A DNA stretch of 64,000 nt from Eledone cirrhosa (taxonomy: Eukaryota), in assembly GCA_964016885.1 (NCBI GenBank), contig OZ024755.1, positions 5,518,001 through 5,582,000 of the forward strand. The letters are read 5' to 3'. The notes under the pieces were generated by a model. That model did no database searches, was not told the origin of the DNA, and saw only the letters and a program-made list of their open reading frames with translations. The translations under genes were made by a program, and so were the position numbers. Below, piece after piece: positions 12,179 through 24,747 of the stretch; positions within the stretch are counted from its first letter, which is position 1; each line of letters opens with the position of its first letter.

Positions 12179-12514
12179 CATGCATGATATCGATCCCAGC
12201 TTTCTTTTTACCTCTTTTCCCTCTTCTTTCATTTTCTAATCAATGATAGATTGGGAACGGATCAACATTTCCCATGAAATACACAAAAGATAGAAGACAT
12301 AAATCTCGAAAACAAAAGTTGTGTAATATTGCCACCTGGTGGTTAACATTAGCAACTTGTTAGTTTTGCCAGTATCGATATTGGTTCAATATTCTTATTT
12401 CCGGCTGTTGTAACAACCTCGTACTTCTTCCCTCTCTCATCTAGTGTCCCACTTCCTAACCTCCCTTTCCATCCACCCCGTTCTCTCTTTATCTCTCTAT
12501 CTCGTATTTGCTAC

Positions 12515-13335
12515 CCACCACTGCATCTACCCCCCCTCTCTCTCTCTCTATCTCACATCTGCTACCCCCACTGCATCTACCCACCACTGCATCTACCCCC
12601 CACTGCATCTACCCACCACTCTATCTCACATCTGCTACCCCCACTGTATCTACCCACCACTGCATCTACCCGCCACTCTACCCCCCACTGCATCTACCCA
12701 CCACTCTATCTCACATCTGCTACCCCCACTGTATCTACCCACCACTGCATCTACCCCCCACTCTACCCCCCACTGCATCTACCCACCACTCTATCTCACA
12801 TCTGCTACCCCCACTGTATCTACCCACCACTGCATCTACCCCCCACTGCATCTACCCACCACTCTACCCCCCACTGCATCTACCCACCGCTCTACCTACC
12901 CTACATCCCTCTACCTACCCTTCTCTCGCTGTCCCATTTTTCTACCCAGATCTCCATCTACCCCTCTCTCTCTCTCATCTATAATCTCTGTACCCAACAC
13001 CGACGATCCACCCCGTTCTCTCTATCTCATATGTTATACCCTGCCTCCCTCTTTCTCTCCCTCTCTTTCATCTCTATTCTCTCTACCCACCCCTCCATCT
13101 ACCATGCTCTAACCCCCCCGTCACTACACACCCCTCCATCTACCATGCCCTACCCCACCCGTCACTACACACCCCTCCATCTACCATGCCCTACCCCACC
13201 CCCACCCGTCACTACACACCCCTCCATCTACCATGCCCTACCCCCACCCGTCACTACACACCCCTCCATCTACCATGCTCTACCCACCCCTCCGTCTACC
13301 ATGCCCCCCCCACCAACCGTCACTACCCCCCCCCC
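12515..13335. repeat. C-rich minisatellites (CCACTGCATCTACC...; CCCTCCATCTACCATGCCCTACCC...)
   Basis: Two adjacent degenerate tandem arrays. Confidence 0.9.
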
Positions 13336-13474
13336 CCCCATGTACACTGCACTTCTCAGCTCTCTTCAGGATTAGTTTTTCTACCATAACAGCTTTTTCA
13401 ATAGATAAACAACAACAACAACAAATACAATAGATGGAAACCAAAGATGCTATTATATATATATTTATATACAT

Positions 13475-13653
13475 ATAGGAAAAAGTATGACCCCGACGGC
13501 AGAGCTCAAGCCGTTTAGACGGCTATTTCTGGACGAAACGGCTTGAGCTCTGCCGTCGGGGTCATACTTTTTCCTATTTCCCACTCTACTACCCTAAGTA
13601 TTGAGTACTCTGGTGTGTTATGGTCCATCTGGTTCCTTACCACAATTCCTTTG

Positions 13654-13654
<1 letters not shown>
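13475..13654 (+). mobile_element. Family B fold-back element with 3' half of a hammerhead
   Basis: 42-bp perfect arms 13475-13516/13536-13577. GAAAC-GGC-TTGAGCTCT-GCC-GTC gives a stem III with GAGCTC palindrome and GUC triplet. Tail contains AGTA-TTGAG-TACT. In a TA tract; second copy at 50287-50493. Confidence 0.7.
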
Positions 13655-13707
<53 letters not shown>

Positions 13708-13715
13708 TTATATAC

Positions 13716-14330
13716 ATGGTGGCTACCAACTCGTTTTCGAGTACGGGCCACTACTTCATATCCATGTAGGAGAACCCCTACTGATGCGCTGAACGAGTGT
13801 GACTTTTTAGTCCTGCCAGCGACTTGAAAACTCTGGTACAAACACTGCACTTGTGACAATTATTGACACATATTGCTGGGCCCATGGTACCATGTGACGA
13901 CAAGTGCAGAGAGATCTCCAGATATAAACCAATGCCTCTGCCGTGAAGCTTTTATAGTGAGCAAAGGCACTGCACAAAGCCAGTCCCACTCTCTTAACCA
14001 AGATGATATTTACCAAAAAGAAGAACAAGTCAACATCATTGGATACCATCAGGGTTGCAGGTGTTATATCAGAGTTTTCCTTCTTCTAGAATTCTGCCTT
14101 GACAAAGGCTAAGGGGTCATCTCTCCCGGTGATTTTGGATGGCCATTGACTCTTAAGAGCTCCTTTGCCCTTTGACAGGTTTTGTTTATAGTCCTGCAGG
14201 ATGTCCAAAGTCACCCTCCTCACCAAGAAACCTTGGTGGGGTTGCCAGTTTAGTCGCCAATGACCCGACCATGAGACAGGTTGTACTGGGATACATGTTA
14301 CCAGTAGCACCAACTGGTGACCTGACATGA
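13716..14330 (-). mobile_element. RTE-derived bipartite non-autonomous retroelement, copy 2 (~615 bp)
   Basis: Minus-strand 5' part resembles RTE 5' UTRs. The 3' part encodes CSVCTRVFKSLAGLKSHTRSAH (C2H2 finger typical of RTE ORF ends), followed by a short hairpin UTR and a microsatellite tail. No RT or endonuclease in between. Confidence 0.7.
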
Positions 14331-14368
14331 ATTTATATACATACATACATACATATACACACACTCAC

Positions 14369-14400
<32 letters not shown>

Positions 14401-14867
14401 CGTGTGTGCGCAATATAGTAATCAAATCGACTTATCTATGCAATAATTAACTCTTGTTCCTTTTATCATTCACCTCCTTCTCTTCCCCACTTCTCTCTCT
14501 CTACCACACCTCTCTCTCTTAGCCACATCTCTCTCTTTCCGCCACCTCACTCCCCCAAGCTTAACAATACGCCATGTGTGTTTATATATTTACGTCCAAG
14601 AAAGCTAATGATTTTACAGACAATTGTAGCATTAACGTATTTCTCAGAGAGGTTCCGAGTGTATTACTGGTACAAAACATCCAATGAACCCCCATTCAGT
14701 TTTACTCACAACCCGAAGCCATGGTAAATTATGACACCTTCCCAAGAAGCCACGCACTGGGATCGAACCCGGTACCTTATGACTGTTGAGCAAGCCTCTT
14801 AACTCTCCAGCACACACACGTATATAAAATATGTGTATTTCGAACAATGAAAATAAAACAAAATTAT

Positions 14868-15070
14868 AGACTTGCACACGTATCTCATATAGACTTGCAC
14901 TTGAATCTCATATAGACTTGCACACGTATCTCATATAGACTTGCACACGTATCTCATATAGACTTGCACTTGAATCTCATATAGACTTGCACACGTCTCT
15001 CATATAGACTTGCACTTGAATCTCATATAGACTTGCACTTGAATCTCATATAGACTTGCACTTGAATCTC
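14868..15070. repeat. 23-bp minisatellite (ATATAGACTTGCACACGTATCTC / ...CACTTGAATCTC) ~9 copies
   Basis: Direct inspection; two interspersed variants. Confidence 0.9.
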
Positions 15071-15289
15071 AGAAGACCTGCCAAGTCACACGATATCACG
15101 CCGAATCTCACCCAAAGAATTACGTTAAGGGTTCGATTGCCAGAGGAATGCTCAGTTACTTGCACATTAAATTTACAAACAAGCTCTTCCCTTATTCAAA
15201 CCACTTTAACAGACGTCGGTCGAACCATCGGAAATCTAATACACTTATATTGCTATTCTACTAGTCGGTTACCCAGCATCTGTCTATCA

Positions 15290-15420
15290 TCGAGGTTAAC
15301 TTTGCCTTTCATCCGTGATACGGGGTCGATAAAATGAAGCACCAGTAACGTACTGGGATCGATTAAATCGATTTTTTCCTCCACCAAAATTGCTGGCCGT
15401 GTGCCTATATAAGAAACCCT
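15290..15420 (+). mobile_element. SINE group 1 3' part
   Basis: CGAGGTTAACTTTGCCTTTCATCC...GGGGTCGATAAAATGAAGCACCAG...GCTGGCCGTGTGCCTATATAAGAAAC. Confidence 0.75.
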
Positions 15421-15544
15421 TATAACATCTTTCTACCAGATCTCACATCTGGTGGTCCAACATATACAACTATATAGATTGCCTCTGAACATTCACCCAA
15501 ATTTTATTCAAAAGCGCATCTTATACTCAAGCTATGGGCGCCCA

Positions 15545-15742
15545 CACATAGTAGAAGACAAAAAGAGGTTGGCCTTATGCTACGTTTCTGGAGAGGGTTT
15601 GTAAAAAGATACAAATCTTAGAAAGAATAAACTCGCGGAGACCATATTGTCCATATTGTATAGGGACGGGTGGAGAAGGAAAATCATCAATGCTATCCAA
15701 GGAAACTCAACTCGACATGTTGATGATGCCGATGATGATGAT
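15545..15742 (+). mobile_element. Highly degenerate RTE-type LINE 3' end
   Basis: Ends CTCAACTCGACATGTTGATGATG, like the 16788 fragment's CTCGACCTGATGATGATG tail; no intact frame. Confidence 0.35.
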
Positions 15743-16279
15743 CCAAAAGGAAAACTCCAGATCTCTCCACATTCGTCCGTTAGGTTAAGTCAAATGAAGA
15801 GTGGTGAGTGTTTTAATTCGACTTAAGCTTAAAGAGTAATTGTCACGTGATGTGTAATCCTTTGATGATATGCATTAGTGTTTTCCTTTTGCATCTCCGG
15901 TTTCTAATTCCGCTAGGAGAGACTTAGCACGCTTTTCATTAGTTTGAGTTTCATCGATGATTTGCTTTGCATGCAGTTAGACGAATGGTTAAACATCTAG
16001 GACAGAAACAATAACGTCAGTAATAAATAGTATGCTATTAGTTACAATTGCAGGGTATATATAGAAGGCATCTTTTTATGTCTGTCTGTGTCTATTGCTC
16101 TACTGCACACTAACCCGGAAAATACGATTTGCACGTACAGCTCGTTGTCTTATTTCAGTATTTATAAAGAACGGTGTATTTCACATTTATGGAAATTCCC
16201 ATTTTCATTGAATAAGTATATATATGTATGTGTGCGGAGAGGGGGAGAGTGGGTGGAGGAGAGAGAGGGGGGGGGGATA

Positions 16280-16775
16280 ACGATAGTTTCTGATTTAAAC
16301 ATAAGACCAAGAATTTTGGGTATAGGAAAAGTCGATTAAATCGACCCCAGTGCGATACTGGTACTTTATTTTATCGACCCTGTAAGGATGAAAGGCAAAG
16401 CTAACCTCGGCGGGATTTGAACTCAGAATGTAAAGGTACGTAACTCTATGCCTCAATTATTCAAAAATACGGACGGAACGCCTCTGATCATAGATTTGAC
16501 AATACTGGAGCAACGTGAAATGAAGTGTTTTGCTAAAAAACACAACACAACACACGGCCCAGTTGAGGAATCGAACCCAGGATATTATAATCGTAAGTCC
16601 AACACCCTCACCACTAAACTACGTGCCTCCACCACTATAGTATTTGACTAGTATTTTATTTATCGATCTCAGAAGGAAGAGAGGCAAAGTTAATCACGGC
16701 GGGATTTTTGAGCGCAGATATCAGGGACAAATGCTGCAAACCACTCTATCTGTCGTACAACGCAGTCCTAGATAT
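16280..16775 (-). mobile_element. Cluster of SINE fragments (group 1, group 2, group 1)
   Basis: Group 1 body 16340-16450, group 2 head/core 16500-16630, diverged group 1 16650-16770. Confidence 0.75.
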
Positions 16776-16787
16776 CCTTAATATCAC

Positions 16788-16985
16788 CATCATCATCAGG
16801 TCGAGCTTGCTCGGCTTTCTACGACACGTTTCCTTCATCCATCTGTCTCTCATAGCGTTTGCCAGTTCTTCTGCAGTGCTCAAGTTGCTTGACGTATGTC
16901 TTCTTGGGACGACCAGCGTTTCTTGCTCCATGAGATGGACTCCATAACAACACATCACCTGCTATTTCTTCCTTGCTGCGCCATC
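16788..16985 (-). mobile_element. RTE/RTEX-type LINE 3'-terminal fragment
   Basis: Minus strand translates WRSKEEIAGDVLLWSPSHGARNAGRPKKTYVKQL, then after a frameshift EELANAMRDRW; (ATG)n tail. Confidence 0.75.
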
Positions 16986-17265
16986 CTTAATATAAGTGAT
17001 TATAATAGTGGAAATGATGTTGATAATGGGTCTGTTTTGAAAAGAGTTGACCAGTATAAAGAGTATGGGAGTTGGGGTAGTGGGTAGCAAAACCAATCAG
17101 GTTTATTAAGCTAAATCCAATTTGTTTTTAAACATATGCTACCGTTGAACTGCAATTTGGCTGCATTTTAACAATATCGGTTTCAATCGATGTTTGGAAT
17201 AATTCCATATATGAATACTACAGCTGTGTTCCTTTGGTTGAGCAGAAGAAAATTTGAAGTGTGTG

Positions 17266-17296
<31 letters not shown>

Positions 17297-17299
17297 ATG

Positions 17300-17460
17300 T
17301 AAAAGGTAAACAGATATAACAACACAATCGGTACAGTATATGGAATGGCTATATATTAGGTTAACGCTTGATATAGCAGGAAGAGGGTCTTAACGTTTCG
17401 GACGCTAGTCCTTCATCAGAAGAAAGAATGACAAGTAAGATAGATTGAGGGGACGGGCGG
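17300..17460 (-). mobile_element. Family C hammerhead-bearing element
   Basis: Ribozyme followed by ACCCTCTTCCTGCTATATCAAGCGTTAACCTAATAT...TACTGTACCGATTGTGTT. Relatives at 28528 and 57780. Confidence 0.65.
17388..17423 (-). ncRNA. Minimal type I hammerhead ribozyme (dimer-type)
   Basis: Minus strand: TCTT-CTGATGA-A-GGAC-TAGC-GTCC-GAAAC-GTT-AAGA. Loopless palindromic stem III (AACGTT), GUU triplet. Confidence 0.7.
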
Positions 17461-17489
17461 GTTGGAATATATATATATATTATGTTGTT

Positions 17490-17567
17490 ATAGAAATTAC
17501 TTCTACAGGACTAGAACTGTTTCACTCGTAATAAAATAAATAAGCCTATACTCTACTAACGTATCGA
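17490..17567. mobile_element. Family A collapsed copy
   Basis: TTCTACAGGACTAGAACTGTTTCA arm joined to the tail start TACTCTACTAACGTATCGA, then interrupted by a SINE. Confidence 0.6.
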
Positions 17568-17574
17568 TTATGAA

Positions 17575-18455
17575 ATAATTGTTTCTATTTTTGGCACAAG
17601 GCCAGCAATTCACCAGTACATTACTGGTACTTTATTTTATCATAAAGGAACGTAACTCTATACTTCAAAGCATGGTGTCCGACTCTCTATCGATACTGCC
17701 AATCCACCGATAATGAAATATCGATTATGAAATGATGAAAGGTATAGTTGAGCTGGAGAGTATTTGAAGCCGAGGTCAATATTACCTTTTATATTTTTTG
17801 CGAGATCGATAAATTAAAATATATATATGTTGTCACAGTCGATATTCCAAGCTTTGATTAACTCTCAGTGATTATTTCGTATGGCTCCAGATCTATAATT
17901 GTGCAGATCTATAAGTGTGTTTATACTACACTATCACATTGCATTACTGGTACTTTATTTTATCGACCCCGTAAGGATGAAAGGAAAAGTTAACCTCGGC
18001 GGGATTTGAACTCAGACCGCAAAGGAGCGTAACTCTATGCTGCAAAGCAAAGTGTCCGACCCTCTACCGGTACTGCCAATCCAATAATGAGAAAGTAGAT
18101 TCAGTTATTTCACTAAATCCCTTAAAATTCTTGGTTATGTTAAAAATTATTTGAAAATCATAAGCAGTGTGTCTCTATGAACATATGACCAGGAAAGGGT
18201 TAATATAATTCCGAGAGATGTTGGCCCATTGTATCAACAGATGCAACTAATGTCGACTGAAACATTGTGAAATAATTGTTTCTACTTTTTGGCACAAGGC
18301 CAGCAATTATCCCAGTGTATTACTGGTACTTTATTTTATCGACCCCGTAAGGATGAAAGGCAAAGTTAACCTCGGCGGGATTTGAACTCAGTCCGTAAAG
18401 GGACGTAACTGTGCTGCAAAGCATGGCGTCCGACCCTCTACCGATACTGCCAATC
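17575..18455 (-). mobile_element. Three SINE group 1 copies (17575-17710, 17940-18085, 18272-18455)
   Basis: Each ends ...CTCTA(C/T)CG(A/G)TACTGCCAATC (head) and carries group 1 body sequence. Confidence 0.85.
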
Positions 18456-18962
18456 TACGTGAAATAATGTGTTTTGCTCAAAGACTTTCCCAGGCTTGAA
18501 TACATCTTTCATGGCACCTGTACCCTTAATAGAGTTGTAAAAGGTACTGTCGCGTTTTGGACATTTAAACCTGGACATTAAAACTCTCCAAGTTTGAATA
18601 TATCTCCCATGACACCTTAACCCTTGACAGAATAGGATGCCGTCGTGTTTTGGACATTTAAACCTGGCATATCTCATCCCTCTCCGGGTTTTAATACAGT
18701 TAAATTCTTCCCTTTTCTTCTAGAAATAAAAAAGGGGAAGATGAGAGGAGCACCGAGTCCAGTAATAGTTTGGTACTTTATTTATCGATCTGGAAATGTT
18801 GACAGGTGATTAAACCTCAGAATACAGATCTGAAAGGAATAGTCAGGTGTTTTAGTAGCTCAGTTAGATCCATACCTTCGTTGGTTGTTCACTAATGAGA
18901 TGATAATCAATAACTTTAGTAAATCCCTCAAAATTTGTCATTAATTGAAAAAAAAAAAAAAT

Positions 18963-19012
<50 letters not shown>

Positions 19013-19204
19013 TGTGTGTGATAAGAAAGTACGGTCATGGAAACACCGGCAGCGAGTTGTGACTTCGGTTGCTCGCCATATGAGAGAGGGGGAGAGAGAG
19101 AGAGATAGAATGAGAGGGGGAAGAGAGATAGAATGAGAGGGGGAAGAGAGCTTGCCATGTGACAGGTTGTTTGTTGCTACATCATCGATAGATAAGCATA
19201 CGGC

Positions 19205-19941
19205 ATACAGACAGAGAGAGAGAGAGAAAGAGACACACAGACAGCGAGAGAGAGAGAGCGAGAGAGAGAGACACACAGACAGCGAGAGAGAGAGACACAC
19301 AGACAGCGAGAGAGAGAGACACACAGACAGCGAGAGAGAGAGACACATAGACAGCGAGAGAGAGAAAGACACACACAGACAGCGAGAGAGAGAAAGACAC
19401 ACACAGACAGCGAGAGAGAGACACAGAGAGCGAGAGAGACACACAGACAGCGAGAGAGAGAGAGACACAGACAGCGAGAGAGAGAGAGACACAGACAGCG
19501 AGAGAGAGAGACACACAGACAGCGAGAGAGAGAGACACACAGACAGCGAGAGACACACAGACAGCGAGAGAGAGAGACACACAGACAGAGAGAGACACAC
19601 AGACAGCGAGAGAGAGACACAGAGAGCGAGAGAGAGACACAGAGAGCGAGAGAGAGACACAGAGAGCGAGAGAGAGACACACAGACAGCGAGAGAGAGAC
19701 ACACACAGACAGCGAGAAGGAGAGGCACACAGACAGCGAGAGAGAAAGAGACAGACAGCGAGAGAGAAAGAGAGAGAGAGAGAAAGAGACAGACAGCGAG
19801 AGACAGACAGCGAGAGAGAGAGAGAAAGAGACAGACAGCGAGAGAGAGAGAGAAAGAGACAGACAGCGAGAGAGAGACAGAAAGATAGACATCGAGAGAG
19901 ACAGCAAGAGAGAGAGAGCGAGTGAGAGAAAGATAGACATC

Positions 19942-19978
<37 letters not shown>

Positions 19979-20000
19979 CAAGAGAGAAAGACAGACAGGG
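19205..20000. repeat. Compound (AG)n/(AC)n ACAGACAGCG array
   Basis: Direct inspection. Confidence 0.95.
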
Positions 20001-20367
20001 AGAGACTGACCAAGATGACTGGTTGTCTGTCTGTCTGTTGAGAGAGTCTGGTGAATTTCTATGACGTCAATGACACACTGCCACACATCAGACTTACCGT
20101 TTTCCTCCACAAATATTCCAACACTTTCTCCTCAGACTTACAACGACAATCAGCAACCTATGACAGCAGACATTGGAATCGACATACACATACCCTGCAC
20201 AACACACCTTTACTAATGCAGACACACACACACACACGCGCGCGCGCGTGCGTGCGTGCATGCAATCGCGCTTACTAAATTATTTCGTTAAATAATACAC
20301 ACAAACATACACACGTGAGATCAATAGGATAGCACTCGTTCGTTATATGTATATATATATATATATA

Positions 20368-20475
20368 AACCCGAGTTAAATCGGGGGGTTACCACAGTAA
20401 ATAAGGTACTCAATACATTAGTAGAGTGTAAACATCCTGATGATTTCATACGAATGAGAGTTCTAGTCCTGTAGT
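20368..20475. mobile_element. Family A rearranged copy
   Basis: Minus-strand tail (GTATTGAGTACC; CCCGA-TTTAAC-TCGGG hairpin) abutting plus-strand CTGATGATTTCATACGAATGAGAGTTCTAGTCCTGTAG, a decayed ribozyme. Confidence 0.65.
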
Positions 20476-20938
20476 TTTATCAAATACGTCACAATTCCTT
20501 GCAAAGAGATTTAATATGCTTCAGGCGTAACAAGAAACGGTTAAAGATTGTTGGGGAGAAATGAGAAATAGAAAAACAGATTTAAAATTCCTGCCTGTGT
20601 TTTACCAAGGAAAATTCATTATGAAATTAAAGGGAAATTTCTTTAACTGTGAAAAGCAAGACTGAATAGTGAGTTCTTCTTATTGAGAATGTTCCGAACT
20701 TTCTATATAATAATATAAATAATAGTAATATAAATAAACGACTGCCAAATGGATGTTGAGGAGTAATAACATGTTATAACGGCTGCACGAAGAACTGTCT
20801 AACAATTAATTTGACAAGACGCCAGCCAACTGGAGAACAACAAGAACAGAAGGACTAATATAGGAAAAAATATATAAAATAAAAATAATATATAACAAAA
20901 TGTAATAATAACGAAGCAGGTAATAATAATAATAATAA

Positions 20939-21342
20939 TTGGAACACAATAGACCTGACCTGGTGGTTTTGGACAAGGAAAAAAGATCGTGCCTGATTGT
21001 GGATGTGGCCTGCCCATTCGACACGAGAGTGGAAGAGAAGGAGAGGGAGAAAATTAACCGATACCAGGACTTAAAGTGGGAGGTAAAAAGGATTTGGAAC
21101 TGCCATGAAGTCAAAGTGGTCCCGATTGTCATAGGCGCACTAGGTACTATCTCAAAAGGTTTCCAGGGATGGTTAAAGAAAATTGGCCCCGCCACGCTTT
21201 TTGGAACGCTTCAAAAGGCATGCTTGCTGGGAACAGCAAGAACCCTCCGATACGTCCTGAATATCTGAGGCTGCAGGTAGTGGCTTGATATTCATTTCAA
21301 CAAACTTTCCAGTTAATTAACATCAATGACTGAGACTCAAAG
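20939..21342 (+). mobile_element. 5'-truncated R4/Dong-clade non-LTR retrotransposon (restriction-like endonuclease domain + 3' UTR)
   Basis: Open frame 20939-21268: HNRPDLVVLDKEKRSCLIVDVACPFD...EKINRYQDL...VVPIVIGALGT...LQKACLLGTA (PD..D RLE). Flanked by (TAA)n upstream and (CAA/TAA)n downstream. Confidence 0.85.
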
Positions 21343-21505
21343 AACAACAACAATAATAATAATAATAACAACAACAACCTCAACATGTGGATGAGCATCA
21401 ATCAGTTCTCAGAAAGCAGTCAGAGTTCCGGATATTATAAGTAATTATATATCCAATATATGTAAGAAAACAACAACAAGCAGAAGCTTATGAGAAGTAT
21501 ATGTG

Positions 21506-21559
<54 letters not shown>

Positions 21560-21998
21560 TGTGTATTTATGTACGTGTATATATGTGTGGGTGTGTATGT
21601 ATGTACGTGTATATGTGTGTGGGTGTGTATGTATGTACGTGTATATGTGTGTGGGTGTGTATGTATGTATGTATGTATGTACGTACGTGTATATGTGTGC
21701 GGGTGTGCATGTATAAGTGTGTACATATGATAAAGAGAGGGCCCTGGAGTGGCAAAGAGAGAGAGAGAGAGAGGGGGGAGGGGAGAAAAAATGATTCAGT
21801 GAGAGTAGGGGAAAATAAATATGTCTATACACTGGCAAACACACAATCGGAAAAATGAATGTTTTTGACTATATATATCCACACACAGTTGTTTCCAACT
21901 GTTTATGGTGGGGCCGGTGACGTTGTTTACCATCATCAATCAACCCTCTGAAACGATCGTAATACAATGAAGTAATTAAGAGCCTACGTTCTGAGTAA

Positions 21999-22044
<46 letters not shown>

Positions 22045-22068
<24 letters not shown>

Positions 22069-22480
22069 TTGCAAGGTTTTTGATATGAAATCGTGTGTCG
22101 AAACAAATGCTGTTATATTTGGGGAGGGTCATATTGTTATAATATTGCCAGAATTAATAACAGAACACACTCACTGTTTGGTTGGTTTTCGCTTCTGTAT
22201 CTTTTAATGGCGTAGACATTACAATACAATAGGAGGAAACATAATAGTACCACTGATGATGTTGCAAATGTGTGACGAAAGAACTTTGATAGACTATATA
22301 TATATATCTGTATTTTTAACCGTTGGTCAATCAATGATAAACATTGATTGCCAAATAAATTAACCATGGAGATGTAAAAGATACAGAAGCGAAAGCCAAC
22401 CAAACAGTGAGTGTGTTCTGTTATTATTTCTGGCATATTATTACAACAATATGACCCTCCCCAAGTATAGCAATATATAT
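22045..22480. mobile_element. Family E fold-back element with decayed central hammerhead
   Basis: ~96-bp inverted arms 22111-22206/22375-22472 in TA tracts. Central TACCA-CTGATGA-TGTTGCAAATGTGTGAC-GAAA-GAACTT-TGATA at 22248-22291. Arm fragment also at ~52296-52331. Confidence 0.6.
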
Positions 22481-22624
22481 ATATTAATTTATTCAAATAA
22501 CAGATTAAAGTTTAAGCAAAGAATCGGTACTTTCACCCTTAACGGGATCTCATATATTTGATATATATTTATCCTTATCAAGCCCTCTTTGGATTTTTGT
22601 CATCACATTTATTATTATTATTAT

Positions 22625-22672
<48 letters not shown>

Positions 22673-23142
22673 CTTACTGCTGGTAGTAATTTCACATCTA
22701 TCTTTCTCTGGTTTTGTATCATTTTATTAATTAGATCCACCGAGAGGCAATAAGTTACGAACTGTTTTTAGCTGTGTGTGAATAATATCTGGCAGAATAT
22801 ATTAAAAGCTACGCTGGCGGTGCCCCAGCATGACCATATGGAACAGTAAAAGAGTATTACAATAAATGTCGATTCTAACAATGTAGCCCGTGTTTAAACT
22901 ATCTGCTGATCTACGGGGAACTGTGCTAACACGGATTTCCCTGCAAGTTCAAATTAATATTTTGGCATTATTTATTTAATTATTAATTTAATTATTTAAT
23001 TCCAATAGCATCTGTTAATTAGAAAACTCTCTTCACATCTGTTAATTAGAAAACTATCTTCACAAATACAGTTTATAATAAATAAATTAACAAACATAAT
23101 TTAAAATGTAAAAGAGTGAAACTATGTTATTTGATTCCTAAG

Positions 23143-23390
23143 TTCGATTATTAGCGGCACCACTGTGTCCTTGAGCAAGACACTTTACTTCATGTTGCTC
23201 TAGTCCATTCAACTGGGGGAGGGGGGATGAAGGGTTAGCCTTGTCACACAGTATATCACGTCGAATATTCATGAGAACTATGTTAAGGGTACACCATTTT
23301 GTGGGAATGCTCAGCCACTGAAGATTAATTTCACACACAGGTTGTTCTGTTGATCAAACGACTCGAACATTCGTCGTCGGAACACAGGAA
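23143..23390 (+). mobile_element. Diverged CORE-type SINE (group 2)
   Basis: GTTCGATT, TGTGTCCTTGAGCAAGACACTTTACTTC and a 3' body matching the 8717 copy. Confidence 0.75.
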
Positions 23391-23598
23391 TCTTCTGCTC
23401 ATATTTATTCTTTTCCAACAATATACATACGTTGACTTCCATAATTCACGCATTCTAGACTTTAGGGCGACGTATCAAAGCTTTCGAGAATGTTTTCTGC
23501 AGTTAGATTTCTTTCGAACACAATGAAACGGTATTGTGTTATAATAGCCCCCCCCCCCCCCCCCCTCCACAGACACAGAGAGGGAGACTATTAAAGTG

Positions 23599-23639
<41 letters not shown>

Positions 23640-24049
23640 CACACGTACACACATGCTTCCAATGTAAATTCTCCTTTGAGCTGTTAGAAAATAAAGCAAG
23701 AAAGTTTTCACAATGCTTTAGTAATATGTAATATATTTTACGTAGGTTGCCTCGGGCTGGAAAATAACAACTAATTTTATGAATCCCTAGATACTGAAAT
23801 TGGCATATTAATCTGTACAGGGATTGTTTTTCATAAATATACGATATCTCAAAGATAGTGAGAGAAACAAAAAAAGATAAAATATAAAACTAGGGTAACA
23901 AGAAAAGTCAATAAAAAGTTTTTCTTGAAAATCCCTTTAGCGAAATTCATCATTATGGAATTGATTCTGTGTTTGGTTGTGTTCAATATCTGTAACCCAA
24001 AACTTAATGTCGAACTTTGACAACTTTTCTATCATTGTGATTATCTCCT

Positions 24050-24160
24050 AATCCCGCCGAGATTAACTTTGTCTTTCATCCTTACGGGGTCGATAAAGTA
24101 AAGTACCAGTAATGCACTGGGGTAATTGCTGGCCTTGTACTAAAAGTAGAAACAATTATT
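24050..24160 (+). mobile_element. SINE group 1 3' part
   Basis: AATCCCGCCGAGATTAACTTTGTCTTTCATCCTTACGGGGTCGATAAAG...GTAGAAACAATT. Confidence 0.85.
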
Positions 24161-24747
24161 TCACTAAATACTTCTTTGAGGCCACCCAAACACCCCTTCC
24201 TTCTTGATTCTTTCATACATATTTTATCTGATAAAACCAACTACAATCCTTAGTCACTGGTTTGTGTCTCCCACGTGACCTAGATGCTGCAGTATATTGA
24301 GATAAACAATGATACTGACATAACAACCTTGTCTTCACAATGGGGAACACAACAAACCATAATAAATACATCAGAACAATACAACATTAGAAATATACAG
24401 AATTAATTTAAATATGGTGGCTGAGCGGAAAATACTCCAGGGGTGCCTTCTGCATTCTTAATACAATTATAGTAAGATCTCACGTATATGTTTTAAAACG
24501 AGGTCAGCTCTGCCTTTCAAGGTCGTTAAACAAAGTCCCATTCCAGTAGTGGAGGTAGATTCCTCCTCTATTTCTCTTTCGCATTTCATTTTATCTCTCT
24601 CACGCTTTCTTCTTTTCTGGAAGAAATCGTCTTTGTTCAGTTCTGGAGAGGGATGAGCTTTGCTATGTTTAAAATGCTCATGATACGCCGTATATCCTGA
24701 CGGCGTCCCTACGGTTCTATGAAGAAAACAGATACATACATACATAC

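Noticed and set aside
11498-14112. Duplicated 79-aa plus-strand ORFs (11498-11737, 13873-14112)
   Set aside because: They are antisense to a repeated RTE-derived element; the conservation reflects recent copying.
20060-20170. Minus-strand GTAAGT donor-like sites and a TGACGTCA motif suggesting an exon or promoter
   Set aside because: Short motifs are expected by chance; no supporting ORF or transcript evidence.
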